From an uncultured bacterium (GTDB lineage: Bacteria; Fidelibacterota; UBA2242), in assembly GCA_964546145.1 (NCBI GenBank), contig CAZJIU010000001.1:23132-74429 (forward strand): 51,298 bases of DNA. Reading direction: 5' to 3'. The notes beneath the pieces were generated by a model. It was not told where the DNA came from and made no database searches. It saw only the letters and a list, made by a program, of their open reading frames with translations. A program made the translations under genes and the position numbers. Position 1 is the stretch's first letter; every line of letters starts with the position of its first letter. Below, in pieces: positions 18,605-27,758 of this stretch.

Positions 18605-18946
18605 TTATTCCTCATAGTTGTCGTTATCGGTTTGGGCCTTCGACCGTGGTTCCGGTTTCTTATCAAGGGCGATAGTGATATTGGCTAAAATATCCTGGTT
18701 GAGTTTCATCCAGGATTCGATCTCGCGATTAATTTTAGAGTTTTCAGATTCATACTGGATCAGAATATAGGTACCGTATTTCTGTTTTTCGATTGGATAA
18801 ACCAGCCGACGCTTGCCCCAATCTTCTACTGTCAGAATATTGCCCTGCTGCTCATTAATCTCTTTTTTCAATGATTCAATGATACTATTGAGCTTTGCTT
18901 GTTCATAGTTGGGGTGAACAATAAATAGATTTTCGTAATACCTCAC
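18605..18946 (-). CDS. rpsF: 30S ribosomal protein S6
   Basis: MRYYENLFIVHP... is an S6 N-terminus. GTG start follows AAGGAG. The rpsF-rpsR-rplI order is conserved. Confidence 0.95.
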   Translation of the reverse strand: MRYYENLFIVHPNYEQAKLNSIIESLKKEINEQQGNILTVEDWGKRRLVYPIEKQKYGTYILIQYESENSKINREIESWMKLNQDILANITIALDKKPEPRSKAQTDNDNYEE

Positions 18947-19008
18947 AGATTATGCTCCTTATGTTAAATACTGTCTTGATAGTTGTGCAATTAACAAAAT
19001 TGTACTTG

Positions 19009-19620
19009 TCAGACCGTTGCCGCGGTAATACAAATAGCGTTGTGATTGTATTTATTCATGACCTGTTCAATGTCACAAAAGAAAATTTCTTTTAGAATAG
19101 ACTCGACTGTGTTTACAACCGATCGGACGGTTTGTCGGTCAGCAGGGTTAAAATGTGCCAGTACAAAGTCCTCGGCCGCAACCCCTTCGGTCTGGGGTCC
19201 GATTCCGAGCCGAATGCGGGGAAATGCTTGACTCGCGATCTGCTCATTAATGGATTGCAGTCCTTTGTGACCACCAGCCGAACCCTGTTTTCTGATCCGG
19301 ATTTTTCCCAAAGGGAGATCAATATCGTCATAGATGACCAGTAGGTCTTGAGGTGATAACCGGTAGCGCTTTAATAATAGCCGCGCGGCGACTCCGCTTT
19401 GATTCATGTAGGTGAGTGGCTTACATAAGCAGATAGCCAAATTGAGGTTATCGGAGTTCAGGATAGCCTCAGTGCGGAGATAATTTTTACCGGATGATCG
19501 TTGATTTAATTGGTAAGTTTCAAGCAGGTGGTCAATTACCATAAATCCAAAGTTGTGTCTGGTCTGCTGATATTGCTTCCCAGGATTACCCAGTCCCATA
19601 ATGATCTTGGAAACTTTCAT
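19009..19620 (-). CDS. pth: Peptidyl-tRNA hydrolase
   Basis: MKVSKIIMGLGNPGKQYQQTRHNFGF is the canonical Pth N-terminus. ATG at 19620 is preferred over the 13-codon upstream extension to 19659. Confidence 0.9.
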   Translation of the reverse strand: MKVSKIIMGLGNPGKQYQQTRHNFGFMVIDHLLETYQLNQRSSGKNYLRTEAILNSDNLNLAICLCKPLTYMNQSGVAARLLLKRYRLSPQDLLVIYDDIDLPLGKIRIRKQGSAGGHKGLQSINEQIASQAFPRIRLGIGPQTEGVAAEDFVLAHFNPADRQTVRSVVNTVESILKEIFFCDIEQVMNKYNHNAICITAATV

Positions 19621-19676
19621 CGGTCGCGAACTATTGCAGCTACACAGAAATCTAGTCATAATGAAAGACTTACAAG

Positions 19677-20300
19677 CTATTCCTTTTCCTCTTTCTCCTC
19701 ACCCTCTTCTTCCTCAATCTCCTCGGCGGGGATTTCCTCCTCGGCCGCTTTAGCGCCGGTAGCCTTGACCACCGAGGCAATGGAGGTATTCAGAGGTGTC
19801 AATATTTCGATGTTCTCCATTTTAATCGCGGCTACGCTAATCGAATCCCCAATGTTTAGATTAATAATATCAAGGGTGATTTCGTCAGGAATTTCAGTGG
19901 CCTTGCACTTTACTTCCAATTCCCAGAGATGCTGTTCCAAAATACCGCCAAATTCCCGTACTCCGATTGCCGAGCCGGTAAGCCGTAGCGGAACCATTAC
20001 CGTAATTTCCTCTTTGAGAGTAATGCCCATAAAGTCGGCATGGACGATTTCGTCACTGACGGGATCGTGCTGGAGTTCTTTGAGGATGCATTTTTGTTTT
20101 TTTGTATTGATCTGGAGTTCGAAGATATGAGCATGAGCCTGAATTCCGGCTTTTAGCTCCTTTAAATCCACGCTCAGTCCAATCGGTTCTTCTTGATGAA
20201 AATAGAAAATGGCCGGAATCTTGCCGGCGCGGCGTAATTGCTTGGTGGTAGTTTTGTGATAGTCACTACGTAATTCTGATTTCAATTTGTATTCACTCAT
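19677..20300 (-). CDS. rplY: 50S ribosomal protein L25 / general stress protein Ctc form
   Basis: 207 aa, two-domain Ctc-length L25 (RRAGKIPAIFY...) with an acidic C-terminal tail EEEGEEKEEKE. It sits between prs and pth, as in many bacteria. Confidence 0.9.
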   Translation of the reverse strand: MSEYKLKSELRSDYHKTTTKQLRRAGKIPAIFYFHQEEPIGLSVDLKELKAGIQAHAHIFELQINTKKQKCILKELQHDPVSDEIVHADFMGITLKEEITVMVPLRLTGSAIGVREFGGILEQHLWELEVKCKATEIPDEITLDIINLNIGDSISVAAIKMENIEILTPLNTSIASVVKATGAKAAEEEIPAEEIEEEEGEEKEEKE

Positions 20301-20318
20301 TCAAAAATCTCCCTTTAT

Positions 20319-21260
20319 TTAAAAATCGAATAACGAACTGATAGATTGCTCCTGATGAATGCGTTTGATTGCTTCTGCCAGCATCGGAGAGGCAGATATA
20401 ATTTCTAATTTTGGGAATCGTTTAGCCCGGGGGATGTTAACACTATTGGTTACAACGACTTTGTCAATTGGGGATGCGCTGATTCTCTTGATACAACTAC
20501 CTGAGAAAAGACCGTGAGTGGCAACGACGGTAATCGTTTCTGCACCACATTCTTTGAGCAGCTGGGCTGCCTGTGAAACAGTCCCCCCAGTATCAATCAT
20601 GTCGTCAATTAGCAAGGCATTTTTGACCTCGCTTGAGCCGATTAGATTCATGACTTCAGCCTTATTTGGTCGGGGGCGCCGTTTGTCAATGATTATCAAT
20701 GGGAGCCCAAGAATTTTCGCATATGAGCGGGCGAATTTGATTCCCCCGACATCAGGTGATACAATCGTAAAATCCTTGCCATGAGTCAGTTTCTTTAGGG
20801 GTTCGATGAAGACAGTTTTGGCATAAAGATGGTCAAAAGGAATGTTAACAAAACCCTGAATCTGAGTGGAATGGAGGTCCATTCCAACGATTCGGTTGGC
20901 TCCGGCACTAACGATTTCATCCATGATTAATCGGGAAGATATCGGTACCCGCGGCTGGTCTTTACGATCTTGTCGGGCATAGCCGTAGTAAGGTAAAACG
21001 GCAGTTATCCGTTTGGCGGAGGCACGCCGGGCAGCATCAAGAATTAACAATAATTCAAGAATGTTTTCGGCGGGTGAGTTGGTGGATTGAATGATGAAGA
21101 CGTCGGCGCCGCGGATATTCTCTTCAAAGCGGACCCAGATTTCACCATCGCTGAAATTGCCTATGGATATTTTTCCTTCTGGGACTCCCAGAATTTCAAC
21201 GATTTCGTGGGCAAGATTGGGATTCGATCTCCCTGAAAAAATTTTTGCTGTAATCTTCAT
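20319..21260 (-). CDS. prs: Ribose-phosphate pyrophosphokinase
   Basis: Contains MDLHSTQIQGFVNIPFDHLY, the PRPP-binding loop LIDDMIDTGGT, and GYARQDRK. ATG at 21260 is used because the longer ORF (to 21326) runs into the tRNA gene. Confidence 0.95.
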   Translation of the reverse strand: MKITAKIFSGRSNPNLAHEIVEILGVPEGKISIGNFSDGEIWVRFEENIRGADVFIIQSTNSPAENILELLLILDAARRASAKRITAVLPYYGYARQDRKDQPRVPISSRLIMDEIVSAGANRIVGMDLHSTQIQGFVNIPFDHLYAKTVFIEPLKKLTHGKDFTIVSPDVGGIKFARSYAKILGLPLIIIDKRRPRPNKAEVMNLIGSSEVKNALLIDDMIDTGGTVSQAAQLLKECGAETITVVATHGLFSGSCIKRISASPIDKVVVTNSVNIPRAKRFPKLEIISASPMLAEAIKRIHQEQSISSLFDF

Positions 21261-21287
21261 AATCCCTTCTAATTTAAATTGTTCTTG

Positions 21288-21358
21288 CTCGGGGACCTGG
21301 ATTCGAACCAGGATTGACGGCTCCAAAGGCCGCAGTCCTGCCGTTGGACGATCCCCGA
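21288..21358 (-). tRNA. tRNA-Gln (anticodon UUG), 3' CCA not encoded
   Basis: I folded the reverse complement by hand: acceptor TCGGGGA/TCCCCGA, D-arm GTCC-AACGGCA-GGAC, anticodon arm GCGGC-CTTTGGA-GCCGT (TTG in the centre), T-arm CCTGG-TTCGAAT-CCAGG, discriminator G followed by CA. Confidence 0.85.
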
Positions 21359-21376
21359 AGAGTATCTCGCGTTTTT

Positions 21377-22207
21377 CTAGTTGATCACGGGAAGGGCAAT
21401 GAATGTAGGGTAATTAGTAAAGAGTTGGCGTACACTTGCAGCGCAGTGACGGTCTTTAAAAATTCCAAACATAGTCGAACCACTTCCCGACAAACCGGCG
21501 TAGAGAGCACCCTTTTGCAAGAGTTGGTTTTTTATGATGCCGATTTCTGGATATGCTGGAAAAACGACAGCCTCAAATTGATTTTCAAACAGCTCCCAAT
21601 GAATCCTGTCTGATTTAAACAGATTGCGAAATTTATAGCCTTCTTTTTTCTTTGTCAAGTTGAATTGCTGATAAGCCCAGCGAGTTGAGATCTGAATTGG
21701 AGGACAAATCAGCAGAAAAACAAAAGTTTCTGGTAACGTTAAGGGAGTGAGTTGTTCGCCGATACCCTCGGCAAGCTGGGTTTTTCCCCGAATAAAAAAG
21801 GCAACATCGGCGCCCAGGCGTGCTGCAATTTTCAGCAGCTCACTCTCGGTGCAGTTGAGCTGCCAGTTTTGATTGAGAAATTTGATAACGGTGGCGGCGT
21901 TGGAGCTGCCGCCGCCCAATCCAGCGCCTATTGGTATCCGTTTTTCGAGCTGGATATGCCAATTGCTTGGACTGTTTGTGATTTGTTGCATAGCCTCGTA
22001 AGCTCGCGTGCACAGATTGGTACTGTCACATGCTATCAGGGGATTATCGCAGCTGAGTGAGTAATTTGCTGCTGGAGTAAAAGTGAGGAGATCGTGCAGA
22101 TTAATCTCCTGGAAGATCGAGCTAAGGGTATGATAACCGTTAGCTATACGACCGGTGATGCGGAGGCAGAGATTGATCTTAGCATTGGAACGAAGGATTT
22201 CAGGCAC
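21377..22207 (-). CDS. ispE: 4-diphosphocytidyl-2-C-methyl-D-erythritol kinase
   Basis: GHMP-kinase motif IPIGAGLGGGSSNAA and N-terminal AKINLCLRITG. Its start overlaps the gltX stop by 8 nt. Confidence 0.9.
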   Translation of the reverse strand: MPEILRSNAKINLCLRITGRIANGYHTLSSIFQEINLHDLLTFTPAANYSLSCDNPLIACDSTNLCTRAYEAMQQITNSPSNWHIQLEKRIPIGAGLGGGSSNAATVIKFLNQNWQLNCTESELLKIAARLGADVAFFIRGKTQLAEGIGEQLTPLTLPETFVFLLICPPIQISTRWAYQQFNLTKKKEGYKFRNLFKSDRIHWELFENQFEAVVFPAYPEIGIIKNQLLQKGALYAGLSGSGSTMFGIFKDRHCAASVRQLFTNYPTFIALPVIN

Positions 22208-23636
22208 TTTCTGCTAAAGCCTTTTCCAAGCGTTTCAAACAACGCTCTTTACCAAGGATTTCGGCAACCTGACCAATATCGGGTCCGTGAATTTCACCAG
22301 TCAGGGCAAGCCGAATGCTCGACCATAGGATCTTCCCCTTAACCCCGGTCTCCTGCTGGATTTTCTGGACTAGCATCGTAAATGTTGATTTTTCCAGCTG
22401 GGGAATAGCCTCGATTCCCTTTTTTAAGAGGGATAGAACTTTGAAAAACTCAGGGGTTCGGATGAGTTCGTGTTTCTCAGCGGTGTCAGTGATAATCGGC
22501 TCAAAGAAAAAAGGCTGACCTTTAACTGCTATATCTGCGAGGGTTGTTAAATAAGGCTGGGTGATTTGGAGAATTTTCAATAGTTCTTCATTTGACCATT
22601 GATAGTGAGTTGCCGGGAGGAATGCCTGGGCTTTTCTAAGTAATGTTGCCGGATTCAAATCTCGGATATATCTTCCGTTGAGCCATTGGAGTTTCTCCAG
22701 ATTAAAAATAGCTCCGGCTTTATTGATTCGTTCTAATGTAAAAGCTCGGATCAATTCGTCCAAAGTGAAGATTTCTTGATCTGTACCAGGATTCCAGCCC
22801 AGGAGCGCCAGGAAATTCAGCAGAGCTTCGGGTAAATATCCCTTTCGGCGATACTCTTCGACTGCCACGTCACCCTGGCGCTTGGATAACTTGCTGCGGT
22901 CCGGATTGAGCAGTAGCGGAACGTGGGCAAATTGTGGAGCAGTCCAGCCGAAATAGTCATACAGCAATTTATGCTTGGGGGTGCTGGATAACCATTCCTC
23001 GCCCCGGATAACGTGTGTGATTTGCATCAGGTGGTCATCTACTACGTTGGCCAGATGATAGGTGGGGAAACCATCTGACTTTTGCAAGATCTGGTCCTCT
23101 AGTAGTTTACAGGCAAAGGATACTCGACCACGGATGAGATCTTCAAATTCGATTGTGCCTGTCAGGGGAATCTTCATCCGGATAACATAAGGCGTGCCGG
23201 CATCGAGTTGGCGATTAATTTCTTCGGCATTCAGGTTGCGACAGTGTTGATCGTAACCCGATTGCGCCTTCGCTGAGCGTTGTTGGGTACGCAAGGTGGC
23301 TAAACGTTCGGGAGAACAAAAGCAGCGGTAGACATGACCATTAGCGAGAAGTTGATTGATATAATCCTGATAAATAGATAGGCGCTGGGATTGAATATAA
23401 GGTCCGTAATTTCCACCGTATTCTGGGCCCTCGTCAGGTTGGATGCCAACCCATTGCAGCGTATTGAGCAGATTTTCGATTGCCCCTTCAACCTTGCGTT
23501 GTTGGTCGGTATCTTCAATTCGTAGCACAAATGTTCCGTTATGTCTCTTGGCATAGAGAAAGTTGTATAAAGCGGTGCGAAGACCGCCAACATGCAAATA
23601 ACCAGTGGGGCTGGGAGCAAATCGGGTTCTAACCAT
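22200..23636 (-). CDS. gltX: Glutamyl-tRNA synthetase
   Basis: RFAPSPTGYLHVGGLRTALYN (HIGH-type motif) and KLSKR (KMSKS-type motif). 478 aa. Confidence 0.95.
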   Translation of the reverse strand: MVRTRFAPSPTGYLHVGGLRTALYNFLYAKRHNGTFVLRIEDTDQQRKVEGAIENLLNTLQWVGIQPDEGPEYGGNYGPYIQSQRLSIYQDYINQLLANGHVYRCFCSPERLATLRTQQRSAKAQSGYDQHCRNLNAEEINRQLDAGTPYVIRMKIPLTGTIEFEDLIRGRVSFACKLLEDQILQKSDGFPTYHLANVVDDHLMQITHVIRGEEWLSSTPKHKLLYDYFGWTAPQFAHVPLLLNPDRSKLSKRQGDVAVEEYRRKGYLPEALLNFLALLGWNPGTDQEIFTLDELIRAFTLERINKAGAIFNLEKLQWLNGRYIRDLNPATLLRKAQAFLPATHYQWSNEELLKILQITQPYLTTLADIAVKGQPFFFEPIITDTAEKHELIRTPEFFKVLSLLKKGIEAIPQLEKSTFTMLVQKIQQETGVKGKILWSSIRLALTGEIHGPDIGQVAEILGKERCLKRLEKALAESA

Positions 23637-24249
23637 TATTAGTACGCTCCGGTTGGATTCGGCTAAAGGTAAGTTTCAGAATAATAATGCCGGCAATTAT
23701 GATAATGATGATCGTGGCAAGCTTATTATAAGATGCCATGTACAATTTGATGGTGGCCCAATGCTGACCTAAGATATTACCCAAAGTAAAAATTGCTCCA
23801 TTCCATAGCACGATTCCACCGGTTGTGAAAATTAAAGCTTTTTGATAGGAGATATTTGAGAATCCGGCTGTTAATGCTATCAGAAGTCGGCTGCCAGGAA
23901 TGAGTCGGCAAAAGGCAAGAAGCCAAGCACCGAATCGTTGAAAATAATGATCAATCTTAGCCATCCGTTGAGCCGGCATAAACCGGTAATTTTTATGTTC
24001 GAAATATTCTCTGCCCCAGTACCGGCTAAAAGCGAAGGCAAACAAAAATCCGGCAGCGCTGCCCAGTATGGTGGTACAAAGGGTCATTAACGGCATCAGG
24101 ATTCCCCGACCTGCAAGGTAGGCAGCGAGAATTAGAATACCGTCACCGGGAACAAATGGCAGAGTGTTTTCTAAGAAAATAAAAATAAATAGTATGGAAT
24201 AGACGAGCAAATTGTTGTTTACGGCAATAGTCTGAAAGTAAGCTTCCAT
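23629..24249 (-). CDS. DedA-family membrane protein
   Basis: 206 aa with the DedA-type motif ENTLPFVPGD near the N-terminus and multiple TM segments. It is coupled at both ends: TAATG with the ispF stop, and an 8-nt overlap with the gltX start. Confidence 0.8.
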   Translation of the reverse strand: MEAYFQTIAVNNNLLVYSILFIFIFLENTLPFVPGDGILILAAYLAGRGILMPLMTLCTTILGSAAGFLFAFAFSRYWGREYFEHKNYRFMPAQRMAKIDHYFQRFGAWLLAFCRLIPGSRLLIALTAGFSNISYQKALIFTTGGIVLWNGAIFTLGNILGQHWATIKLYMASYNKLATIIIIIIAGIIILKLTFSRIQPERTNNG

Positions 24250-24731
24250 TAGAAACCTATCAGTGCAGTAGCGAAAGCCATGACGCCTTCCTTCCGGCCG
24301 ATGAATCCCATTTTCTCCGAGGTTGTGGCCTTTATAGAGACATTATTTTCCGGAATTTTCAGGGCAGCAGCAAGGGTTTGCCGCATAGCGGCTTTATAAG
24401 GAGTAATTTGTGGTTCCTCCGCGATAACGGTAATGTCTATATTCCCAATATGGAATTTATGTTTGGTGATGAGATCAACAACCCGTTCGAGTAATATAAT
24501 GCTGGAAATATCCCGATAGGCGGGGTCGGTATTGGGGAAATGAATGCCGATATCGCCGAGGCCAGCTGCGCCCAGTAAGGCATCCATAATCGCATGGCTG
24601 ACTACATCGGCATCTGAGTGACCGGCTAATCCCTTCTCAAAGGGTATCTGTACCCCCCCCAGGATTAATAGCCGACCTTTCACAAATGGGTGGACATCAA
24701 TTCCATGTCCAATATGCACATTGCAGGTCAT
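24249..24731 (-). CDS. ispF: 2-C-methyl-D-erythritol 2,4-cyclodiphosphate synthase
   Basis: IGHGIDVHPF...GHSDADVVSHAI...GDIGIHFP are the canonical IspF metal and substrate motifs. Confidence 0.95.
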   Translation of the reverse strand: MTCNVHIGHGIDVHPFVKGRLLILGGVQIPFEKGLAGHSDADVVSHAIMDALLGAAGLGDIGIHFPNTDPAYRDISSIILLERVVDLITKHKFHIGNIDITVIAEEPQITPYKAAMRQTLAAALKIPENNVSIKATTSEKMGFIGRKEGVMAFATALIGF

Positions 24732-25447
24732 TACTGAAGTCCTTTCTTTAGGAGCATGCGGGCAATTTCCAGATCTGCTGAAGTCGTTATTTTCAGATTA
24801 AGATAACTTCCCTCTACGATGCAAATACGCCCACCATATTTTTCTAATAGATTGGCATCGTCGGTCACGGTATTGTCCCAATCTCCTTCCAAAGCCTGAG
24901 AATAAGCCCTTAAGATAGTGTCCTTCGGGAAGGTTTGAGGAGTCTGGGCATGCCAGACATTTTGACGATCCAGGGTCCTGACAATTTGCTGATTCTGAAC
25001 CTCTTTTAAAGTGTCTACCGATGGAACTGCGACAATTGCTCCATCGTACTCCTGGCAACATTCAATTGTCTTGCGAATCAGGTCGGGCTCAATGAATGGT
25101 CGTACACTGTCATGAATACAAACGATTTCCGTTTCCGGTTGCAGTGCCCGGAGTGCATTATAAACCGTATCCTGACGCCGCGCACCACCTGAAGTGATCT
25201 TGATCCTGGTGTTTGTTTCTTTGGGTATTGAATCAGATAGATACTGGGATTCCCGGTATTGTTGGGCTACCGCAATGATTATTTCCGAGATGGTTGAGAC
25301 GGCTAAAATTTTTTGGATGGAGTGATATAGAACAGTATGTTCGTCAAGTTTAAGAAACTGCTTCGGAACGGCTGAATTTAAGCGGGTACCGCTACCAGCT
25401 GCGACAATCACTGCACTGATATTTTTCAGCATCTTTAACTTGATCAC
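24731..25447 (-). CDS. ispD: 2-C-methyl-D-erythritol 4-phosphate cytidylyltransferase
   Basis: AVIVAAGSGTRL... is the IspD N-terminal signature. The GTG at 25447 overlaps the queA stop (GTGA); ATG at 25432 is the alternative start. Confidence 0.9.
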   Translation of the reverse strand: MIKLKMLKNISAVIVAAGSGTRLNSAVPKQFLKLDEHTVLYHSIQKILAVSTISEIIIAVAQQYRESQYLSDSIPKETNTRIKITSGGARRQDTVYNALRALQPETEIVCIHDSVRPFIEPDLIRKTIECCQEYDGAIVAVPSVDTLKEVQNQQIVRTLDRQNVWHAQTPQTFPKDTILRAYSQALEGDWDNTVTDDANLLEKYGGRICIVEGSYLNLKITTSADLEIARMLLKKGLQ

Positions 25448-26478
25448 AATATTAGCATTGCATCGCCGTAGCTGAAGAACCGGTATTTTTTCTTGATTGC
25501 CTCATGATAGGCCCTGAGGACCAGCTCCAGTCCGGCGAAAGCCGCAACCTGCATAATGAGAGTTGATTTAGGCTGGTGAAAATTAGTTATAAGGGCATTG
25601 ACCATTTTAAAATCATAGGTGGGATGGATGAATTTGTCAGTCCAACCTTTGCGTGGGCTGACTTGAAAGCCGGAGACGGTAACCGTTTCCAGGGTTCGGA
25701 CAACTGAGGTGCCAACTGCGATTACCCGTTTGCCCCGTGCTTTGGTTTCGTTGATAGCAATCGCAGTGTCAGCGGATACTTCAAAATATTCCGAATCCAT
25801 ACGATGGCGAGAAAGATCCTCCACCGTCACAGGTCGGAAAGTTCCCAAACCAATATGGAGGACGATGGGATAAATTTTGACTCCTTTGTCCTTGATTTTG
25901 GCGATTAGTTCTTCAGTGAAGTGAAGCCCGGCAGTTGGCGCGGCAACGGCGCCACGGCGCCGAGCATAGACGGTCTGATACCTGATTTTATCCTCGGGAA
26001 TGGGATCACGATCAATATAAGGTGGCAGGGGAGACTGACCAATTTTATCAATTAAGGCGTATAACTCGTTTTGGGCAATACTATTAAACCGCACAACCCG
26101 ACCGCCTGAAACGGTGTTGTCTATTACATCGCATTGAACCCCTTCAGCAATGGTCAGCTTATTACCGATACGCACTTTGCGAGCGGGTTTAACCATTACT
26201 TCCCAGAGATTGTTTTCCAGCTCCCGTAAGAGGAAAACCTCAACCTGGGCCTCGGTGCGGTCCTTGACCGCCAAGAGTCGGGCGGGATATACCATGGTCT
26301 CGTTGACGATTAGCAGGTCACCGCTGTTAAGATAGTTGGTTAGATCATAGAAATGTTTGTGCTCGATGCTTTTATTTTTGCGGTTGATAACCAATAATCG
26401 AGAATGGTCACGCTTTTCTATCGGATATTTTGCAATCAGTTCTTCGGGTAAATCATAATCAAAATCGGAAAGTCTCAT
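25444..26478 (-). CDS. queA: S-adenosylmethionine:tRNA ribosyltransferase-isomerase
   Basis: MRLSDFDYDLPEELIA is the canonical QueA start, with ATG at 26478 lying 6 nt after AAGGAGGA. Also contains PLPPYI and GLHFT motifs. Confidence 0.95.
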   Translation of the reverse strand: MRLSDFDYDLPEELIAKYPIEKRDHSRLLVINRKNKSIEHKHFYDLTNYLNSGDLLIVNETMVYPARLLAVKDRTEAQVEVFLLRELENNLWEVMVKPARKVRIGNKLTIAEGVQCDVIDNTVSGGRVVRFNSIAQNELYALIDKIGQSPLPPYIDRDPIPEDKIRYQTVYARRRGAVAAPTAGLHFTEELIAKIKDKGVKIYPIVLHIGLGTFRPVTVEDLSRHRMDSEYFEVSADTAIAINETKARGKRVIAVGTSVVRTLETVTVSGFQVSPRKGWTDKFIHPTYDFKMVNALITNFHQPKSTLIMQVAAFAGLELVLRAYHEAIKKKYRFFSYGDAMLIL

Positions 26479-26491
26479 GAAAGTTCCTCCT

Positions 26492-27511
26492 TTATTCAAA
26501 CAATGATTGTTGTTCGGATGTCAACTTCAGTCCGAAATATTTAAAGGTTTCTCGGGTCGCCAGCCGCCCTCGGGCAGTGCGTTGCAATAGACCATTTTGA
26601 ATCAGGAATGGTTCATAGACGTCTTCAATAGTCTCGGGGTCCTCGCCAACAGCTACCGCCAGGCTATTCAGACCCACTGGTCCACCGGCGAATTTCTCGA
26701 CAATTGTGGTCAGGATAGTACGGTCCATGCTGTCAAGGCCGCGCTCATCAATATCCAGCAATTGGAGAGACTGTTCAGCAACGGATTTATTAATTTTGCC
26801 CTTGCCTTTAATCTGAGCGTAATCGCGGGCACGCCGGAGGATTCGATTGGCGATCCGGGGCGTACCTCTGGCACGTCGGGCAATTTCGGTTGCCCCTGCC
26901 GGTTCAATATTAATATTAAGGATCCGGGCTGAACGATTGATAATGTTAAACAGATCATCGCTGGTATAGTAATCCAATCGCAAAACGACCCCGAAACGAT
27001 CACGCATCGGCGAGGTGAGATGTCCCAGGCGGGTCGTGGCGCCAATTAGGGTAAACGGTTCTAAATTTAGCTGAATGTTACGCGCACTGGGACCTTTGTC
27101 AATCACGATGGCAATCGTATAGTCCTCCATGGCAGAATAAAGGTATTCTTCCACAACATTGTTTAAGCGGTGAATTTCATCAATGAAGAATACATCACCA
27201 CGGGACAGGTTAGTTAGCATCCCGGCCAGATCACCAGCCCGTTCGATCACTGGTCCGGAGGTTGTGTGGATATTGACGTTGAGCTCGCGTGATACAATGT
27301 GGGCTAAAGTAGTTTTACCTAATCCGGGAGGACCAAATAGTAGAACATGGTCAAGGGCTTCGCCGCGTTCCTTGGCAGCTGAAATGTAGAGTTTCAGGTT
27401 CTCAACAACTTTGGTCTGACCGACAAATTCTGAAAAAGCAGATGGACGAACACTTTGTTCGACCTCGACATCTTCTGATAATTTGTGGGGGTCGGTGTAT
27501 TCAGAGTGCAA
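26492..27511 (-). CDS. ruvB: Holliday junction branch migration helicase RuvB
   Basis: LRP...FSEFVGQ, Walker [10 protein letters not shown], and Walker B FIDEIHR. The only available start is TTG at 27511, because an in-frame TAG lies two codons upstream. No ruvA is adjacent. Confidence 0.95.
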   Translation of the reverse strand: MHSEYTDPHKLSEDVEVEQSVRPSAFSEFVGQTKVVENLKLYISAAKERGEALDHVLLFGPPGLGKTTLAHIVSRELNVNIHTTSGPVIERAGDLAGMLTNLSRGDVFFIDEIHRLNNVVEEYLYSAMEDYTIAIVIDKGPSARNIQLNLEPFTLIGATTRLGHLTSPMRDRFGVVLRLDYYTSDDLFNIINRSARILNINIEPAGATEIARRARGTPRIANRILRRARDYAQIKGKGKINKSVAEQSLQLLDIDERGLDSMDRTILTTIVEKFAGGPVGLNSLAVAVGEDPETIEDVYEPFLIQNGLLQRTARGRLATRETFKYFGLKLTSEQQSLFE

Positions 27512-27758
27512 GGGACCTAGTAAAATTATGTAGTTGAAGGAGATTAGATAATTGCTCTAATAGGACAGAAGAATGGATCGGATTGTAATGTTGTTGGCGG
27601 TCGTTTTTTAACGACAGATTTAGCAATGTGACAGCATCCATTAAAATATTAATATCATAGAACCGGCTTGAAATTTACGAAATAAACTGCCCTAAATCAA
27701 TGAATTTCAGATATATCCATCTGTGCATCGCAAAGGATGCCAGCTTATTATTTATATT

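Noticed and set aside
18947-19008. Imperfect hairpin (GTACAATT-TTGTT-AATTGCAC) in the rpsF leader, possibly an S6:S18 autoregulatory element
   Set aside because: The stem is AT-rich with a mismatch. I cannot verify the conserved features of the known rpsF leader motif by eye, and a covariance-model search would be needed.
19510-20130. 206-aa Ser-rich ORF on the plus strand
   Set aside because: It lies entirely antisense to the pth 5' end and rplY, both clearly real. Its low-complexity composition mirrors the Glu/Lys-rich L25 tail, so it is a shadow ORF.
21261-21326. N-terminal extension of the prs ORF (MEPSILVRIQVPEQEQFKLEGI)
   Set aside because: This stretch overlaps the tRNA-Gln gene (21288-21358). 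The internal ATG at 21260 gives the canonical Prs N-terminus (MKITAKIFSG) and has a purine-rich RBS.
24653-24660. C8 (G8 on the coding strand) homopolymer inside ispF
   Set aside because: The reading frame is intact (LILGGVQIPF) and ispF is essential, so phase variation is implausible. It is worth noting only as a site prone to sequencing or assembly indels.
27573-27611. 12-codon hydrophobic mini-ORF (MDRIVMLLAVVF) in the purA-ruvB intergenic region, overlapping a GTCGTT-TTTT-AACGAC hairpin
   Set aside because: It is on the plus strand with no downstream plus-strand gene to regulate and has no SD sequence. It is most likely a chance ORF within the ruvB promoter region.
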